A stretch of DNA of 60,648 bases, counting the filler, from Piptocephalis cylindrospora (Eukaryota): assembly GCA_003614145.1 (NCBI GenBank). It is 9 parts of 9 records of this genome, joined end to end, with 100 filler letters (N's around TTAATTAATTAA, not from the genome) between each part and the next. Parts side by side here need not be neighbours in the genome. Positions count along the whole stretch, not along the records: positions 20,423 to 27,089 come from KZ988266.1; positions 27,190 to 33,845 come from KZ988267.1; positions 33,946 to 40,569 come from KZ988268.1; 6 more parts are not named here. One strand, written 5' to 3'. Shown here in pieces: positions 22,581 through 34,255 of this stretch. The notes beneath the pieces were generated by a model, which did no database searches, was not told where the DNA came from, and saw only the letters and a program-made list of their open reading frames with translations. The position numbers and the translations under genes are program-made. How positions within the stretch are numbered: the first letter of the stretch is position 1; every line of letters starts with the position of its first letter.

Positions 22581-25500
22581 TCATTCATCTGTCGATCCTC
22601 CACTGTGGCTGGATGACTTCCATCGTAGGGTCCAACGCCGAGATGCCCTTCGCTCCCCTCCACCCCGTTTCTCCCTCCCGTCTTCGGATAGCATAGAGGC
22701 CGTGGGAGATTCCTCCCCAATGCTCCCTGTCATACTTCCCGTCATACTTCCCGTCATACTCCCCGTCACACTCCCGGTCGCGCTGTATGTCCCCCCTCGG
22801 ATCGAATAGGGACGTGCTGTGCTGACAACATCTTCAGTGGATCGGGCCGACCGGGCCATAGAAAGTCTCTTCCACGCATTCCCAATCATTCCGCCTCCTC
22901 CCCCAGCCATACTTCCGGATGGTCTGGATCCAAGGCCTCCACTACTCCGGGGACTATGGGTACTAGCGGAAGAGTGAAGCTCCGGGGCTGAGATGACACT
23001 TTCGGTTTCATGAAAACTCTGCCTTCCCCTACGAGAAGGTGTGCTCCCCTCCTCCTGCAATGCGGGAAGAAGGTGATGTGTAGATGATTCGGGAAGTGGG
23101 GGAGAGGTAGTTGTGGAGGTCGAGGATGATGATGCTCCAAGACCAGAGAAGATGTTGAACACGGACCGGGCCGACGAAAATGATGGCCTTCCCCCCCCTC
23201 CTACCGAGGAGGCCTCCCTACCCCCATTAGTCCCCGATCCCTCCCCTCCGAGGCCTCTCCCATCAAAGAGGCCCATCATCGTGGTTGTTGGCGGCGTGTA
23301 CCGAAGGGATCGGCCCAGTCGATTGGAGATCCGTCGAATCTCCTCTCCAAAGTGCAAGTGAAAGTAGTGCACAAGGTTTTCGTGCAGGTCCATCAAGTCA
23401 GGTGTTATCAGTCGCTCATGGATCCCGAGACACCGAGAAGTAATCTCCACCTGCTCGTCAATGCACCCTCGCAACTCCCTCACCTCACCACCTTGGGCCA
23501 GGTTAGCCAGGACGTACCGACGGGAGAGGAAGGCTTCCCGGTACATCATGGCGCCCCCTGCGTGGGGCACCGGGTTGACCGCGGCGTTGAGCGTCATGGT
23601 CAGAGGATGACAGTTCACCACGCCCTGCACCTTCCCCAAATCACCTTCTGCCGCATCCGGACCCAGGACCAAGTGAGCTCCGTACTTTCTCTCCATGCCC
23701 CGCAGTTCCCGATTCCTCTCCTGTACAGCCTCTACAGCATTCTCCAGTGGGGATAACTCGCGTATCTCCACTCTTACCACCTCCGCCCGCCTTAGCACCG
23801 AAGGGAATGGATCTTCGGTGTAGAGAGTTGTCCTTTCTGTCCATACATCCAGGAGCTCCCGTGCCCCCGAGACAGGGCCGCTTCCACCCCCTCCAAGATA
23901 CTCCTGTCCCTCCGTCGGAATCAATCCATCCAGACCCCCCGAGGCCGCCGCTGCTACATAAGCTGGACTAACGCTCAACCTGGATCCTCCTCGCTCCCCT
24001 CCGTTACCTCCAAGACTGCCGTTTCCGCCTCCCACACCACCTGTCCCAGTAGCTTCTAGACGACGGAAAGGCCGGGAATAAGCAAATCTCCTCACCTCGT
24101 TCCTCTCCCAATACGCTGCAATGGCCGGAGGGACAAAGTCCCCCTTGGAGAGGATGGATAGAGCTTCGGGCTTGTCTGGTTCCGGAGCCACCACCGTCAC
24201 CTGTACATACTGAGCTCCACCGCCGCCTTGTCGAACATGCTCACTAGGAGCTCCGGACGACCGAAGGAGCCGAGCTGCTGGATGTCGACGTTGAAGTCGT
24301 TCGCAAAAGGCCCCAAGCTGTTCCCAGGGTCGACCGCGGCAAATGTACTGTCGACCCCGTAAGCCTTGAGGGAACCCCGTACCCCAGTACGCAACACGGA
24401 AGTAAACGCATGGGAATCGTTCTTGCGTGACGATGCGCTCCGCCAAAGTTGCCTCTGTTCTCAGCATCCCTGCCAATCGTCCATAATCATACACCGTATG
24501 AGCATACTGATGGGCCAAGTCCCGAGCAATGCTCATGCCCAACTCCCATGCCTGCCCCTCGGTGGCCAGAGCTAGGGCTCGGAGAAGAAGGGTTTCTCGG
24601 CGCTCAAAGGAGCTTTGGGCCTGTGGAAATCCAAGAGCTGGGGCAGCCGGGAGCTTGGGTCCATCCACTCTCCAGGGTAACCTATCTGCGTACAACCTCA
24701 CCAAGCTAAGTGCTGCTTCTGTGTAGTTTCGGGCCCCAAGCTGGACTTGAACAAGGGAGTGGACGTACCGAAGGTACAATGGCTCCACATCAATGTCTCG
24801 AACAAAGGAGAGGAGCCGAAGGGTAGCTAGAATACGCTCTTCCTCAAACTCATCTCCCGATTCTGGGAGGGATCGGACGTGGAGAAGAAGGTTGAGGAAG
24901 GTATCTGAGGCCTCGAGAAGTCGTTTGCACTGAGAGTATAGGCTGGGTCGGGGGTCGCCGGCTGTGCCCATACTAGGACCGGAGACAGGTGAGGGAGGAG
25001 CCGAAACCAAAACGATGGGCGTAGATTTGAATTCTTCGGTCCTCGGAGATAGACTAGAAACCGAGTCGGAAGATGAAGTGGTGGCTGTCGGAGAAGGAAA
25101 GGAATTAGATGAGTGGGGCAGACTATGAGATGAAGGTACTGTGACCCCTTCCTCCTGCCCCCTTTCCTCCATTTCCGCAGGGAAGGGACAGGCATAGCGG
25201 ATTTGCCTTGCCAACGCCTGAATCAACCTGGACCTCGCGCCCTGATCCGCCCACACCCTCCCCTCTATATCTCTGTCTTTGTCCTCCTTGGTCTCCCCCT
25301 CTTTCCTCTCCCCATCATTGTCCTCCTCTCCGATAAAAGACCTTCCAATGATCAATCGGTCCATCCGATCCATCCATGCCCTCTCAACCTGTCGAATCCC
25401 CCCCGTCAAGTGATACTCCTCCTTGGCTAAGGTAATCAACAACCATGCACCAGTATCCCGGAGAACTGGGGAGGGGGAGAGAGAAGCTTGGAGAAATGAT

Positions 25501-27089
25501 CCCATCAGTCCCTCCACCTCCGCCTGATACTGAGCCTCGGTAGATGGTCCAGTTCCGTCAGATCCGTGGGACCAAAGACGACGAAGTAACGCAGATCCCA
25601 TAACACGAGGATCCTGAGGGAATCTAGGGTCCCATCTCTCGAACGGATTCCGATTATCTGGCCCACCTTGATCAGCCAAGCCCCGTGCGTAGATCAGGCC
25701 CAGTATATGACTCACCACTTCTCTATCCAATGGCCCAAGCCTTTCAACCTGCCATACCGATGTATTGAGGATACAGAGTAGGAGGCGGAAATAGATTAGT
25801 CCAACAGAAGGGTGCTTTTGATCTGGAGAGGGGGGGGTGCATGGAAGGAGGAGAGAAAGAAAAAATATGAGTACTTGTCTTCTTTTTCCTCATCCCAATT
25901 TGAAATCCTTGCTAATCGTTAATCACACATCATTTTATGCTTACCTGAAGTATCTGCAATCCTCAGAGATCCAATTTCCTCGAGATAATGACCTACAGGG
26001 CCCATAACCATGAGAATATATCCATAAACGGAGATAGAAAGTGTAAGCCATCGATCCAGGGGGAAAGCCGCGCCATGAGCAATGGATTCCAGTGTGACGA
26101 GAAGCCTCCGCACCCTCTTGATCCCTCCCTCCGCTCCCGCCTCATGCCCACGCAACCATCTTCCTAGACGAACTGGGCTAAGAAGGGCCAGGATACTCAG
26201 AAGCACCGAGGCTACCTCCCCAAGCCCATTACTGATCCCACGAGGGGTACAGCCCTTCCCTCCCCCTATCTTCCCGCCCGGAGCCATGGCCCCAAGGGGA
26301 GTTTGAAAGAGGGTTTCGCATCCCTCCATCCCTTCCGCCTCCTCACCCTCCGCCTTCATACCTCCCTCACTCTCCGTGGTAATATCTGCAACTGCGAGTA
26401 GCTCCCGATACACCAAGCATGATATGGAAATTAGCTCGGTTACCTCTCGCAACTTCTCCTCCTTTCGTTCGCTTATATCATACTACTCAGGGAAGAAAGT
26501 AAGGATGAGAGAAGTAAGTAGTCTGTGCACGCCCTCCCTCTGTCCCTCTTCAGCCCTTACCTTTTCATCCCAGGTCCGTTCAAGTAGAACAGAGAGGATA
26601 GCACAACCTATGCGCACCCTAGTCCTCCAGGCAGGCACGGAAAGGACATCCTTCCCCGAAAGGGAAAGAGCGTGTCGGACCCATCGATGAACCGAAGCGA
26701 TTAAAATCTCCTTCTCACCGCCAAGAGGCCCAACCACCAAATTCGCCACGACTCCCCATACCTCCTTACTCATCTCTTGATGGCCCGTGTCAGCCGTATG
26801 AGCCGCAGCGTCAATAAAGGCAACAGCAGCAGCAGCAGCGCTAGCTTTACCCAAGACCCGTCGGATCTGACGATCGTAGGCCTTGGAGGCCCATCGAAGA
26901 GCAAGGACCTGTGTACCCCGAAGAGCCGCCACATCCCGGGCTCCGATAACACGGACCAAGCCAGCACATATCCCCTCGACTCCAGCACGGAAATCCGCTT
27001 CTCGAGTAGCTCCCATAGCTTCTCCACCCTCCAGACCCGACGACCTTTCTCCAGACCTTTGAGCTGCGCGAGATTGGCAGGCTAGATCT
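22581..27089 (-). CDS. DOCK-family (DHR-2) Rac/Cdc42 GEF, 3' part (5'-truncated, multi-exon)
   Basis: LYLRYVHSLVQVQLGARNYTEAALSL, YFRVAYWGTGFP, FCERLQRRHPAA, QYVQVTVV, FAYSRPF, WTERTTL, FPSVLRRAEV, LSPLENAVE, PLTMTLNAAV. Upstream exons in 25919-27089. Confidence 0.88.
22722..22776 (-). repeat. 12-bp coding tandem repeat (GSVT-GSMT-GSMT-GSMT-GS) in DOCK tail
   Basis: Repeated CCCGTCATACTT-like units on the + strand. Confidence 0.8.
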
Positions 27090-27189
27090 NNNNNNNNNNN
27101 NNNNNNNNNNNNNNNNNNNNNNNNNNNNNNNNNTTAATTAATTAANNNNNNNNNNNNNNNNNNNNNNNNNNNNNNNNNNNNNNNNNNNN
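27090..27189. other. Artificial contig linker
   Basis: N44-TTAATTAATTAA-N44. Confidence 0.98.
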
Positions 27190-27264
27190 TGTAGCGTCCA
27201 GTAGACGCGGCCTGCCGTCTAAAACATGCGTGGTGGGTTGTTTTCTCTTCCCGAGCGGTGGGCG

Positions 27265-27298
<34 letters not shown>

Positions 27299-28128
27299 GG
27301 ACACAGGTAAATCCACCTCTCTCTCACCCACACAGAAGGGGAGACAGACATGGGTCAGACAAAGCACAGAGGGATCCCCTATCAGGATGCTGATACATCA
27401 CCATCCAGTGCTTGTGGACAGAGCGATAATGATGCATGGATAGGTGAGATATCCTGGAAAAACAGAGCCTGGTCCCCTGTCTCTTCTCCTCTCAGGGCTG
27501 AGTGATGAGGGGACTTGAAGAGGCCTTGTGCAATGGCACTCTTTCATGTCGCAGCTGCTTATGACCATTCCTTTTATGATGAGGACATGTCCATGGAATT
27601 CTAGGATGATGGTGATGATGATTATCCTTCCTCGAGTGAATCTACCTTCTTGTGCTCATGGATATGTCCTTACTTGTCCCTGGCGAGTATGCCCCCTCTT
27701 CCCCAGGGACACTCCCAGGTAAACATGCCCTCTTCCCTCCCCAGGGACAACACCCTCTGATCCTCTTCAACTCCGACAGCCTTCAGGATTTCACCTCACT
27801 CAAATGAATTTGCCCCCCTGACCCACTCCGCACCCATTATATTTCTCCGATACCCTGATCTATAAATAGAGCGGGTCACGCTGAGTATCTCTTTCGATCC
27901 TACTCAGAGAGGGAAAGTGGTGTGGATATTCCAATGACGAGGTGAAATTAGGCCGCATCCCATGGAGGGCATAATGCCGCAAGTGATCTCCATACATTTT
28001 GCCGATCATTTGTTGTAGTCGTCTTGGCAGGATGTACCCCTGGTCAAACATAGTCTAGGTTGATGGATTTGTACGTCTATTCCCCATCCTTCATCGCTAT
28101 CCAATCCAGCCCCAATTCCATCCCTGTC

Positions 28129-30549
28129 TTATGAATCCTCTCTGGTAGCCGCAAGTTGCCCAAGAAGGGAAATCAACTGCTCGGGCTGTCGGACATGCCA
28201 CCGTGCCAAGGTCCTCTTTTCTTGCTCACCAATGGTGACGGTCCAATCTCGATCCTTGGGAGCTGCCTTGTCCTTGCGCAAAGCGCGGAACATGTCCTCG
28301 TCGGTCTTGTCATCACCGGCACACATAAGCCATTGAAGGGAGGAAGAGGAAGAATGGGTGGTTTCTTCCTGGACGAGCCTCCGGACGATCTCGCCCTTGT
28401 TCAGGGCAATGGGCCTGACCTCGAGATTCTTCTTCCCGACAAGGATCTCGATGGGGAGCTTGGACAGGACGGCGTTCTCCAGGTGATTCTGACACTCATT
28501 GGCCTGGAATTCCCCGTAGGCCGGGTCAGCCTTTCGATAGTGCCAGGTGACGGAGCATTGTTTCACCTCGACAAAGGAACCTTGAGTTCTCTCGGTGTAG
28601 TAATCAAAGATACGCTTGATCTCCTCCATCCATGTAAAGTCCATCCCCTCGGTAAGATTGATCCACGGGGCCTCCTCTTCCGTTCCCTCCTTGCTCATCG
28701 TAGAAGGGTACCGCATGAAACAACCATGTTCGGCACTCAGGCCGAGACCAGGAATGGTTCCGAGGTGAGTCTCAAGGAAGGTCTGATCCCTCCCACTAAT
28801 GATCCAGACGCGGTTGGTCCGGTCGGCACACAGGCTCCGTAGGGCCTTGAGCATCTCCGGAGAGGGCAAGGCGGCCTCTGGGGTGGTGACAATGGGGGTG
28901 AGGGTGCCATCGTAATCGAACATGAGAAGACGCCTTCCGGATCCCTTGGGAACTTGGGCATAGGAAGAAATGCAGGCTTCGATGTCGAGATAGGGGGTGG
29001 AGGAGGACCGATCAGGAAGTTGCATGGTAGCACGGATCTCCCGAACAAAGCTCTGTGCCCAATAGGTGGAGGTACAGGCAGTGACGTGTTCGTGCAACTG
29101 ACGGTACTTAACATCCCGGTCTTCCGGAGCCAGGGTCAAGGCATCGTGGATGGATTGGGCTACTCCATCCACATCCCAGGGATTGACATGGATGGCCCCG
29201 GAGAGGCTCCCGGCGGTGCCGGTAAACTCGGAGAGGATGAGGGGTCCATGACCGCCCCGTTCCTGGCACATGACCCACTCGTAGCTGGTAGTGTTCATGC
29301 CATCACGGGTCGAGGTGATGAGGGCAATGTCGGCGAGCTCGAGGAGGGCGTAGAATTCGGCGCGATCCAAGGCCTGATTGTAGTAGTGGACGGGGACGGA
29401 GGTGATGGAGCCAAAGGATCCATTGATGCGAGCAACGACTTCGGCGATGCGTTGCTCTAGCTTCGGATGCTCGTGCCGGGCCGTAGTGACCTGGACCAGG
29501 ACGACCCGGTCCCTCCAGGCAGGGTACCGGTGGAGGAAGCGTTCAAAGGCCTGAAGTTTCTGGACCACCCCCTTGGTGGGGTCCAGATGATCCCGTCCCA
29601 GGACAATCTTCTTGCCAGGAAAAAGATCTCGGATGGCACTCTTCTTTTTCTCCACCTCATCCCGACCCCGGAAGGCCCGAACCTTATCGACGTCAATGCC
29701 AATGGGGAAGGCACCAACGGAGACGGCGAAGCCCCGGTGGTGGATCCCAGTCGGGGAGGACTCACACCCGAGGACTCGGGTACACGAGGAGATGAAATGA
29801 CGGGCGTACGAGTAAATCTGGAAGCCGACAAGATTGGCCCCAAGCACACCCTCCAGGACCTCCCGACGCTTCGGAAGACACCGAAATATCTCAGAGGAGG
29901 GGAAGGGGGCATGGAGGAAGAAGCCGATGGCGGCTTCGGGGAGGGCGGACCTGACCAAAGCTGGGGTGGCAAAGAGATGGTAATCGTGGATCCAGACAAT
30001 GTCACCATCCTGGTAGATAGAGATGGCGATGTCGGCAAAGGCCTGGTTGACGGCCAGGTAATCCTCCCAATTGGCATGTTCGACCCGACCATCCGTCGCC
30101 TTATCCCAGAGCTGGTAGTGAAGGAGGGGCCAGAGGGTGGACTTGCTGTAACCATCATAGTGACTTTTGGCGCAGTCATCGGAGAGGAAGACGGGGATGG
30201 CGTGCTTCGTGGCGAGGAGGGCAGTGAGGCTGGATTTCATCTCCTGTGTCATCTCTCCGGACCGGATTGTCTCCCCAGAAGCCCGAAGACAACTGCCGAT
30301 CCAGCCAATGTTGATGGTATCGTGAATCTGGGTTAAGGAGGCGATACCTGAGTACATGGCCGAATGCCCCCGTCGAGGAATGAGGTTCCAGGAGGTGGTG
30401 GAATCCTCGTCCAGCACGGCCACATAAGGGAGAAAGTGAGTGAGGGCGAGGACTCTCGCATTGACCGGGGGTACTGCCGGGAGGTTGTCCGGGATATGGG
30501 CTGGGAGGATCGAGGAGGGTTTCCTGAAGGGCTGGCTACCTGGGGACAT
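28129..30549 (-). CDS. TPS2: Trehalose-6-phosphate phosphatase (GT20-like + HAD domains)
   Basis: LWPLLHY, WIHDYHL, GFFLHAPFPSSEIFRCLP, PIGID, RDGMNTTSYE, LILSEFTG, VNPWD; HAD motifs FDYDGTLTPIV, IISGRD, SAEHG, TWHYR, GKKNLEVRP, NKG, GDDKTDEDMF. Start placed at MSPGSQ; the upstream in-frame region is (TC)n-rich UTR-like sequence. Confidence 0.93.
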   Translation of the reverse strand: MSPGSQPFRKPSSILPAHIPDNLPAVPPVNARVLALTHFLPYVAVLDEDSTTSWNLIPRRGHSAMYSGIASLTQIHDTINIGWIGSCLRASGETIRSGEMTQEMKSSLTALLATKHAIPVFLSDDCAKSHYDGYSKSTLWPLLHYQLWDKATDGRVEHANWEDYLAVNQAFADIAISIYQDGDIVWIHDYHLFATPALVRSALPEAAIGFFLHAPFPSSEIFRCLPKRREVLEGVLGANLVGFQIYSYARHFISSCTRVLGCESSPTGIHHRGFAVSVGAFPIGIDVDKVRAFRGRDEVEKKKSAIRDLFPGKKIVLGRDHLDPTKGVVQKLQAFERFLHRYPAWRDRVVLVQVTTARHEHPKLEQRIAEVVARINGSFGSITSVPVHYYNQALDRAEFYALLELADIALITSTRDGMNTTSYEWVMCQERGGHGPLILSEFTGTAGSLSGAIHVNPWDVDGVAQSIHDALTLAPEDRDVKYRQLHEHVTACTSTYWAQSFVREIRATMQLPDRSSSTPYLDIEACISSYAQVPKGSGRRLLMFDYDGTLTPIVTTPEAALPSPEMLKALRSLCADRTNRVWIISGRDQTFLETHLGTIPGLGLSAEHGCFMRYPSTMSKEGTEEEAPWINLTEGMDFTWMEEIKRIFDYYTERTQGSFVEVKQCSVTWHYRKADPAYGEFQANECQNHLENAVLSKLPIEILVGKKNLEVRPIALNKGEIVRRLVQEETTHSSSSSLQWLMCAGDDKTDEDMFRALRKDKAAPKDRDWTVTIGEQEKRTLARWHVRQPEQLISLLGQLAATREDS

Positions 30550-30614
30550 TGAGGATACGGAACCTAGGAGAATTGAAAGAACGGAAAGATGGAGGGATAT
30601 GTGCAAGGGAAGGG

Positions 30615-30650
<36 letters not shown>

Positions 30651-32502
30651 TGGAGGGTAGAGGCTGGGCCTGTCGAGAGGATGGAGAGTGGAAGGTGGAA
30701 AATGGGAGATGGGAGTGGGATGAGATGGAAGAAGAGGAAGGAGATGAAAGACGCTGGATTGTCTGTGTAGTGTAGGGGCTCAAAGTGCAATGGCTACTTG
30801 TTGAGACGAGGAAAATGGCTCGAATGGGACGAGGTTTGCAGGGTGACGGGATGGGGATGAGGGCGAGGGGATCTGCTGTGTCTGCTCACTATGGCGTTGC
30901 TATGCTGTGGCGTACCAGGGTTCGTCTTGGTCGGGGATAGGGTTCACAGTGGGAGAAGGGGGGGAGGGCAAGGTTTGACCTGGGTTCTGGGTTCTGAGTT
31001 CTGGGATAATATGGTGTTTGAGGTGTGGTGTGTGTGCGTGTCTCTCTCACCCTTTTTGTGTGTGAAAGACGATGAAGTGGAGAATACGGAGATAAAAAAA
31101 GGGGAAGTGTTGGTGAGAGAGGGGAAAGGGAGATAGTGACTTTTGATGTGGTCGTTTCCTCAATATTAGTATTGTTCAACTGCGAGTGAACACGCTAAAC
31201 TGATATGCACTTTTCTATGGAAAGGAGAGTCCAGTATCCAAGAAATAAATGGACCTTTTCCGAACCTGGCACACGATACTCTGGCTTGAGGAGAAAGGGA
31301 AGATAAGGCGGAGAAAAAAGGTATGTGTATGTGGGGGAACGGGGCGGGAAGGGAGAGAGCGTGGGTAGGCTGAGTGGCTGTGGAGACGTGAGGGTCTGTG
31401 TCCGTCCATCACATCAAGGCCTTTGATGACGAGTGATGTCATGTGGGCGATGCGGAGTAGAAAAAGGGCTCTTCTCATATCCTAATATGAGTGTCTCACT
31501 GAAAATTCAGGCTATATTCAAAACAATTGAAATTGACCTGGTCAGAGGAGAAATGAACAATCACTAAGCTATCGTACAACAATAAACATGGCGGTAGCAA
31601 GGTAGGGAAGGAGTGATCAGTATGTGCTTTTAGGTAATCGAGTAAAAGAAGAGGGAGTGTCATGGTTAACAAGTAGGCTGTGTATCAACGATGCTGTTGT
31701 TGTTTGACATACTTATATGGAATGATATAAAAAGGGATGTATCATTACCTTGGTAGCACCTCGGTTTTTTCCACGGGATTTACATCGTCTATCCTTGGTA
31801 GATGAGCAAAAAATAGACTTGCTTCCTCTACTTGACCTTGTTCGATCAAGACCTGTCATTGACCCAGCTGATCGTCCAAACCGGTCTTTCTCTTCCTGTA
31901 TTATGAGGAGCAAGAAAGAGGCTAAAACTCAAATAGGTCGATTCTTTGCGTACTCCTTAGAGCCCAGCAAGATGTAGCGTCCATCGTCATCTTGCCTTGC
32001 AGGAATGATTTTTCTTTCTAACCAGTACAAGATGTAGGGTAAAGGATCATCCGATCCTTCTGACTTACTCGATTTTGCCCTTATGGTTCCTCCTTCATGC
32101 CCCTCCTCCTCCCTCCCCTCATGCACCCCATCCTCTTCTTTGTCTCCATCGTTGTTGTTAACTAGGGGTGGGCTAGTCTCGCCTTGCCTTGTCCAAGCGC
32201 GGGTGACATGGCTGTGGGATAATGTGCGTCAACTCCGCGCGCCAACTCCGACATACCTCTCTTTCTCTCTTTCTTTCTCTGTCTAAGCCCCATCATCACT
32301 CTTATCTCCCCATCATCCCACCATCGCTTGAGTGACCATCATTTTGATCCATTTTTATCCCTCTTGCCCTGAGCCCCTGTCCCTCCTTCTTTCAGGCTAC
32401 TTGGCCGTACTATCTTCTTTCCTTCATTCATTTTATCCGTCCCAGTCATCCTTTTTCCTCTTTTCCCCCCTTCGCCTCTCATCCTTGACTCTCATCCTTG
32501 CA

Positions 32503-33654
32503 ATGATGACAATTGTCGATAGGCTCGTCCTTCGCCTCTCCAGACATCACTACACCTTCTTCCTTCGTGAGGCCTGGATGGAGACGATTCGAAGGCCTGG
32601 GGGCGTCCAGAGAGGGGATACCCTGGAGGCCCTTATTTTCCTCACTCATCTGGACGAAGGCGATCTTTCCCGGGTGGTCAGGGCCATCCTTCGGGTCATC
32701 CCTCCGGGCCATCCCTTGGCCCCTGCCTTTATTCTTCAACTTCTCTCCCGTATTGCCCTTCCCTCACCACGCACTGCTCGAAAGGTCATGGATCATCTGG
32801 GTACTCGTCTTTTCCGACTCTCTCGTCCTGCCCTTCCCCTTCTTTCTCAGGTTAGGTCATGGCGGATACTTGGAGGATCCATCTCTTCACATTCTTCCTC
32901 TGGTGTTTCATCTTTTCAATCTGGGACATCCACTTTCGCATCCTATACCTCCCCTACCCACTCCTCCTCCCGCCCTTCATCTACCCGCCCGGCCCTGAAA
33001 GAAGAGGAAAGGGAGGCTGCCAACACGGCCTTGATCATCTCGGCATTGGCTCATCGACTGGCAGGGACCATGATGCTTGGGATGGTCAAGTTCCCACTCA
33101 TACACAGTCTTTTTACCCTCCTCACTCATCCTGAGTGCCATCCCACCCCTCGACTCGCCTCTCTTCTGGCTCTAGATGCCTTAGGTAGGACGGGTCAGGT
33201 CAAAGAGAGGATAAGAATGTGGGTTCCGGATTTGCTCATGGCCCTGAAAGGGATTCATCGGCAGCAAAGGCTTCAGGGAGGTAATCCTGATCAATTACTG
33301 GGCCTAGCCGTGGAATGGTCCATGTACCATATTTGGTCCGCCCCATCCCACTCCTTACCCCTCCCCTCCCCTCCTTATGGACAGGCCACTATTGTCCTGG
33401 ACCCTACGCTTGGGGTGGGTCGGCATGGTAAGTATGCTATGGATGGTTTGAGCTGTCGGAACGACCATGGTGACCTTCTGACGGCCGTGGCCTCTGCTGG
33501 GGTCCAAAGCTCTGGGAGATGGTATTACGAGGTTACCCTCCACACCACGGGAATCTTTCAGCTTGGATGGGTCTTTTCCAATACGCTGAGGAGGTTGAGT
33601 GCTGAGCACGGGATTGGTAAGTGGGAGAAGGGCATGGAATGGAAGGATGGGTAA
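32503..33654 (+). CDS. SPRY-domain protein, RSPRY1-like, 3'-truncated
   Basis: Helical N-terminus (HPLAPAFI...ALPS; ANTALIISALAHRLAG; RLASLLALDALG.TG) followed by SPRY start GLSCRND...GRWYYEVTLHTTGIFQLGW...HGIG. GTAAGT donor near 33616. Confidence 0.72.
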   Translation: MMTIVDRLVLRLSRHHYTFFLREAWMETIRRPGGVQRGDTLEALIFLTHLDEGDLSRVVRAILRVIPPGHPLAPAFILQLLSRIALPSPRTARKVMDHLGTRLFRLSRPALPLLSQVRSWRILGGSISSHSSSGVSSFQSGTSTFASYTSPTHSSSRPSSTRPALKEEEREAANTALIISALAHRLAGTMMLGMVKFPLIHSLFTLLTHPECHPTPRLASLLALDALGRTGQVKERIRMWVPDLLMALKGIHRQQRLQGGNPDQLLGLAVEWSMYHIWSAPSHSLPLPSPPYGQATIVLDPTLGVGRHGKYAMDGLSCRNDHGDLLTAVASAGVQSSGRWYYEVTLHTTGIFQLGWVFSNTLRRLSAEHGIGKWEKGMEWKDG

Positions 33655-33845
33655 ACCCTGTGTGCCCCCCCCCCCCCCCCCCCCCCCCTTCTTTTTCGGG
33701 GGTGGGGGCTGGGGGAGGGGGCAGTGGAGCAAAGCGGGGTCTTCTCGCCTGTACGGGAATTGACCGGGCGGTCAGGGACGGGCCTCCTCTGGGGGGGGGG
33801 GTCACCCTCGTGGGGCAGGGGAGGAGGGGGCATGGAGCGACGCAG

Positions 33846-33945
33846 NNNNNNNNNNNNNNNNNNNNNNNNNNNNNNNNNNNNNNNNNNNNTTAATTAATTA
33901 ANNNNNNNNNNNNNNNNNNNNNNNNNNNNNNNNNNNNNNNNNNNN
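33846..33945. other. Artificial contig linker
   Basis: N44-TTAATTAATTAA-N44. Confidence 0.98.
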
Positions 33946-34255
33946 TTCCACACGGCAGGAAAGAGGTATATAATGTATTGCAATCCGGCACAGTGGCCCA
34001 CCGGAATCACCCCATTTTTGGGGAATCCCACAGCGTGGACCATATCACAAACACACACCGAGGAGGAGGTCAGTGTCTTCCACATTGTACCATTTGACAC
34101 TCTCTTAAAATCACTGAATTTTTTGCCTTCCTTTTTCCTCAATGCTGTTGCCACTAGTGTTATTTATGGAACGATCCTAGAACAGAGATATAGGAGACAG
34201 CTTGATAACATCTCCCTTTCTCCACATCCCAAGCCCAATACCACCTTATTACCAC

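Noticed and set aside
27298..28060. Possible gene remnant (acidic reading frame with internal TAG, intron-like GTGAG...CAG)
   Set aside because: No consistent frame or recognisable homology; cannot be supported from sequence alone.
28156..30336. Long antisense or alternate-frame ORFs over TPS2 (likewise over ESF1, DOCK, NMA111, DYN1)
   Set aside because: Shadow ORFs of GC-rich coding sequence with no recognisable domains.
33655..33845. Apparent degeneration of the SPRY gene after the poly-C run
   Set aside because: G/C-skewed sequence after a homopolymer at a contig end is probably low-quality base calling, not a pseudogene.
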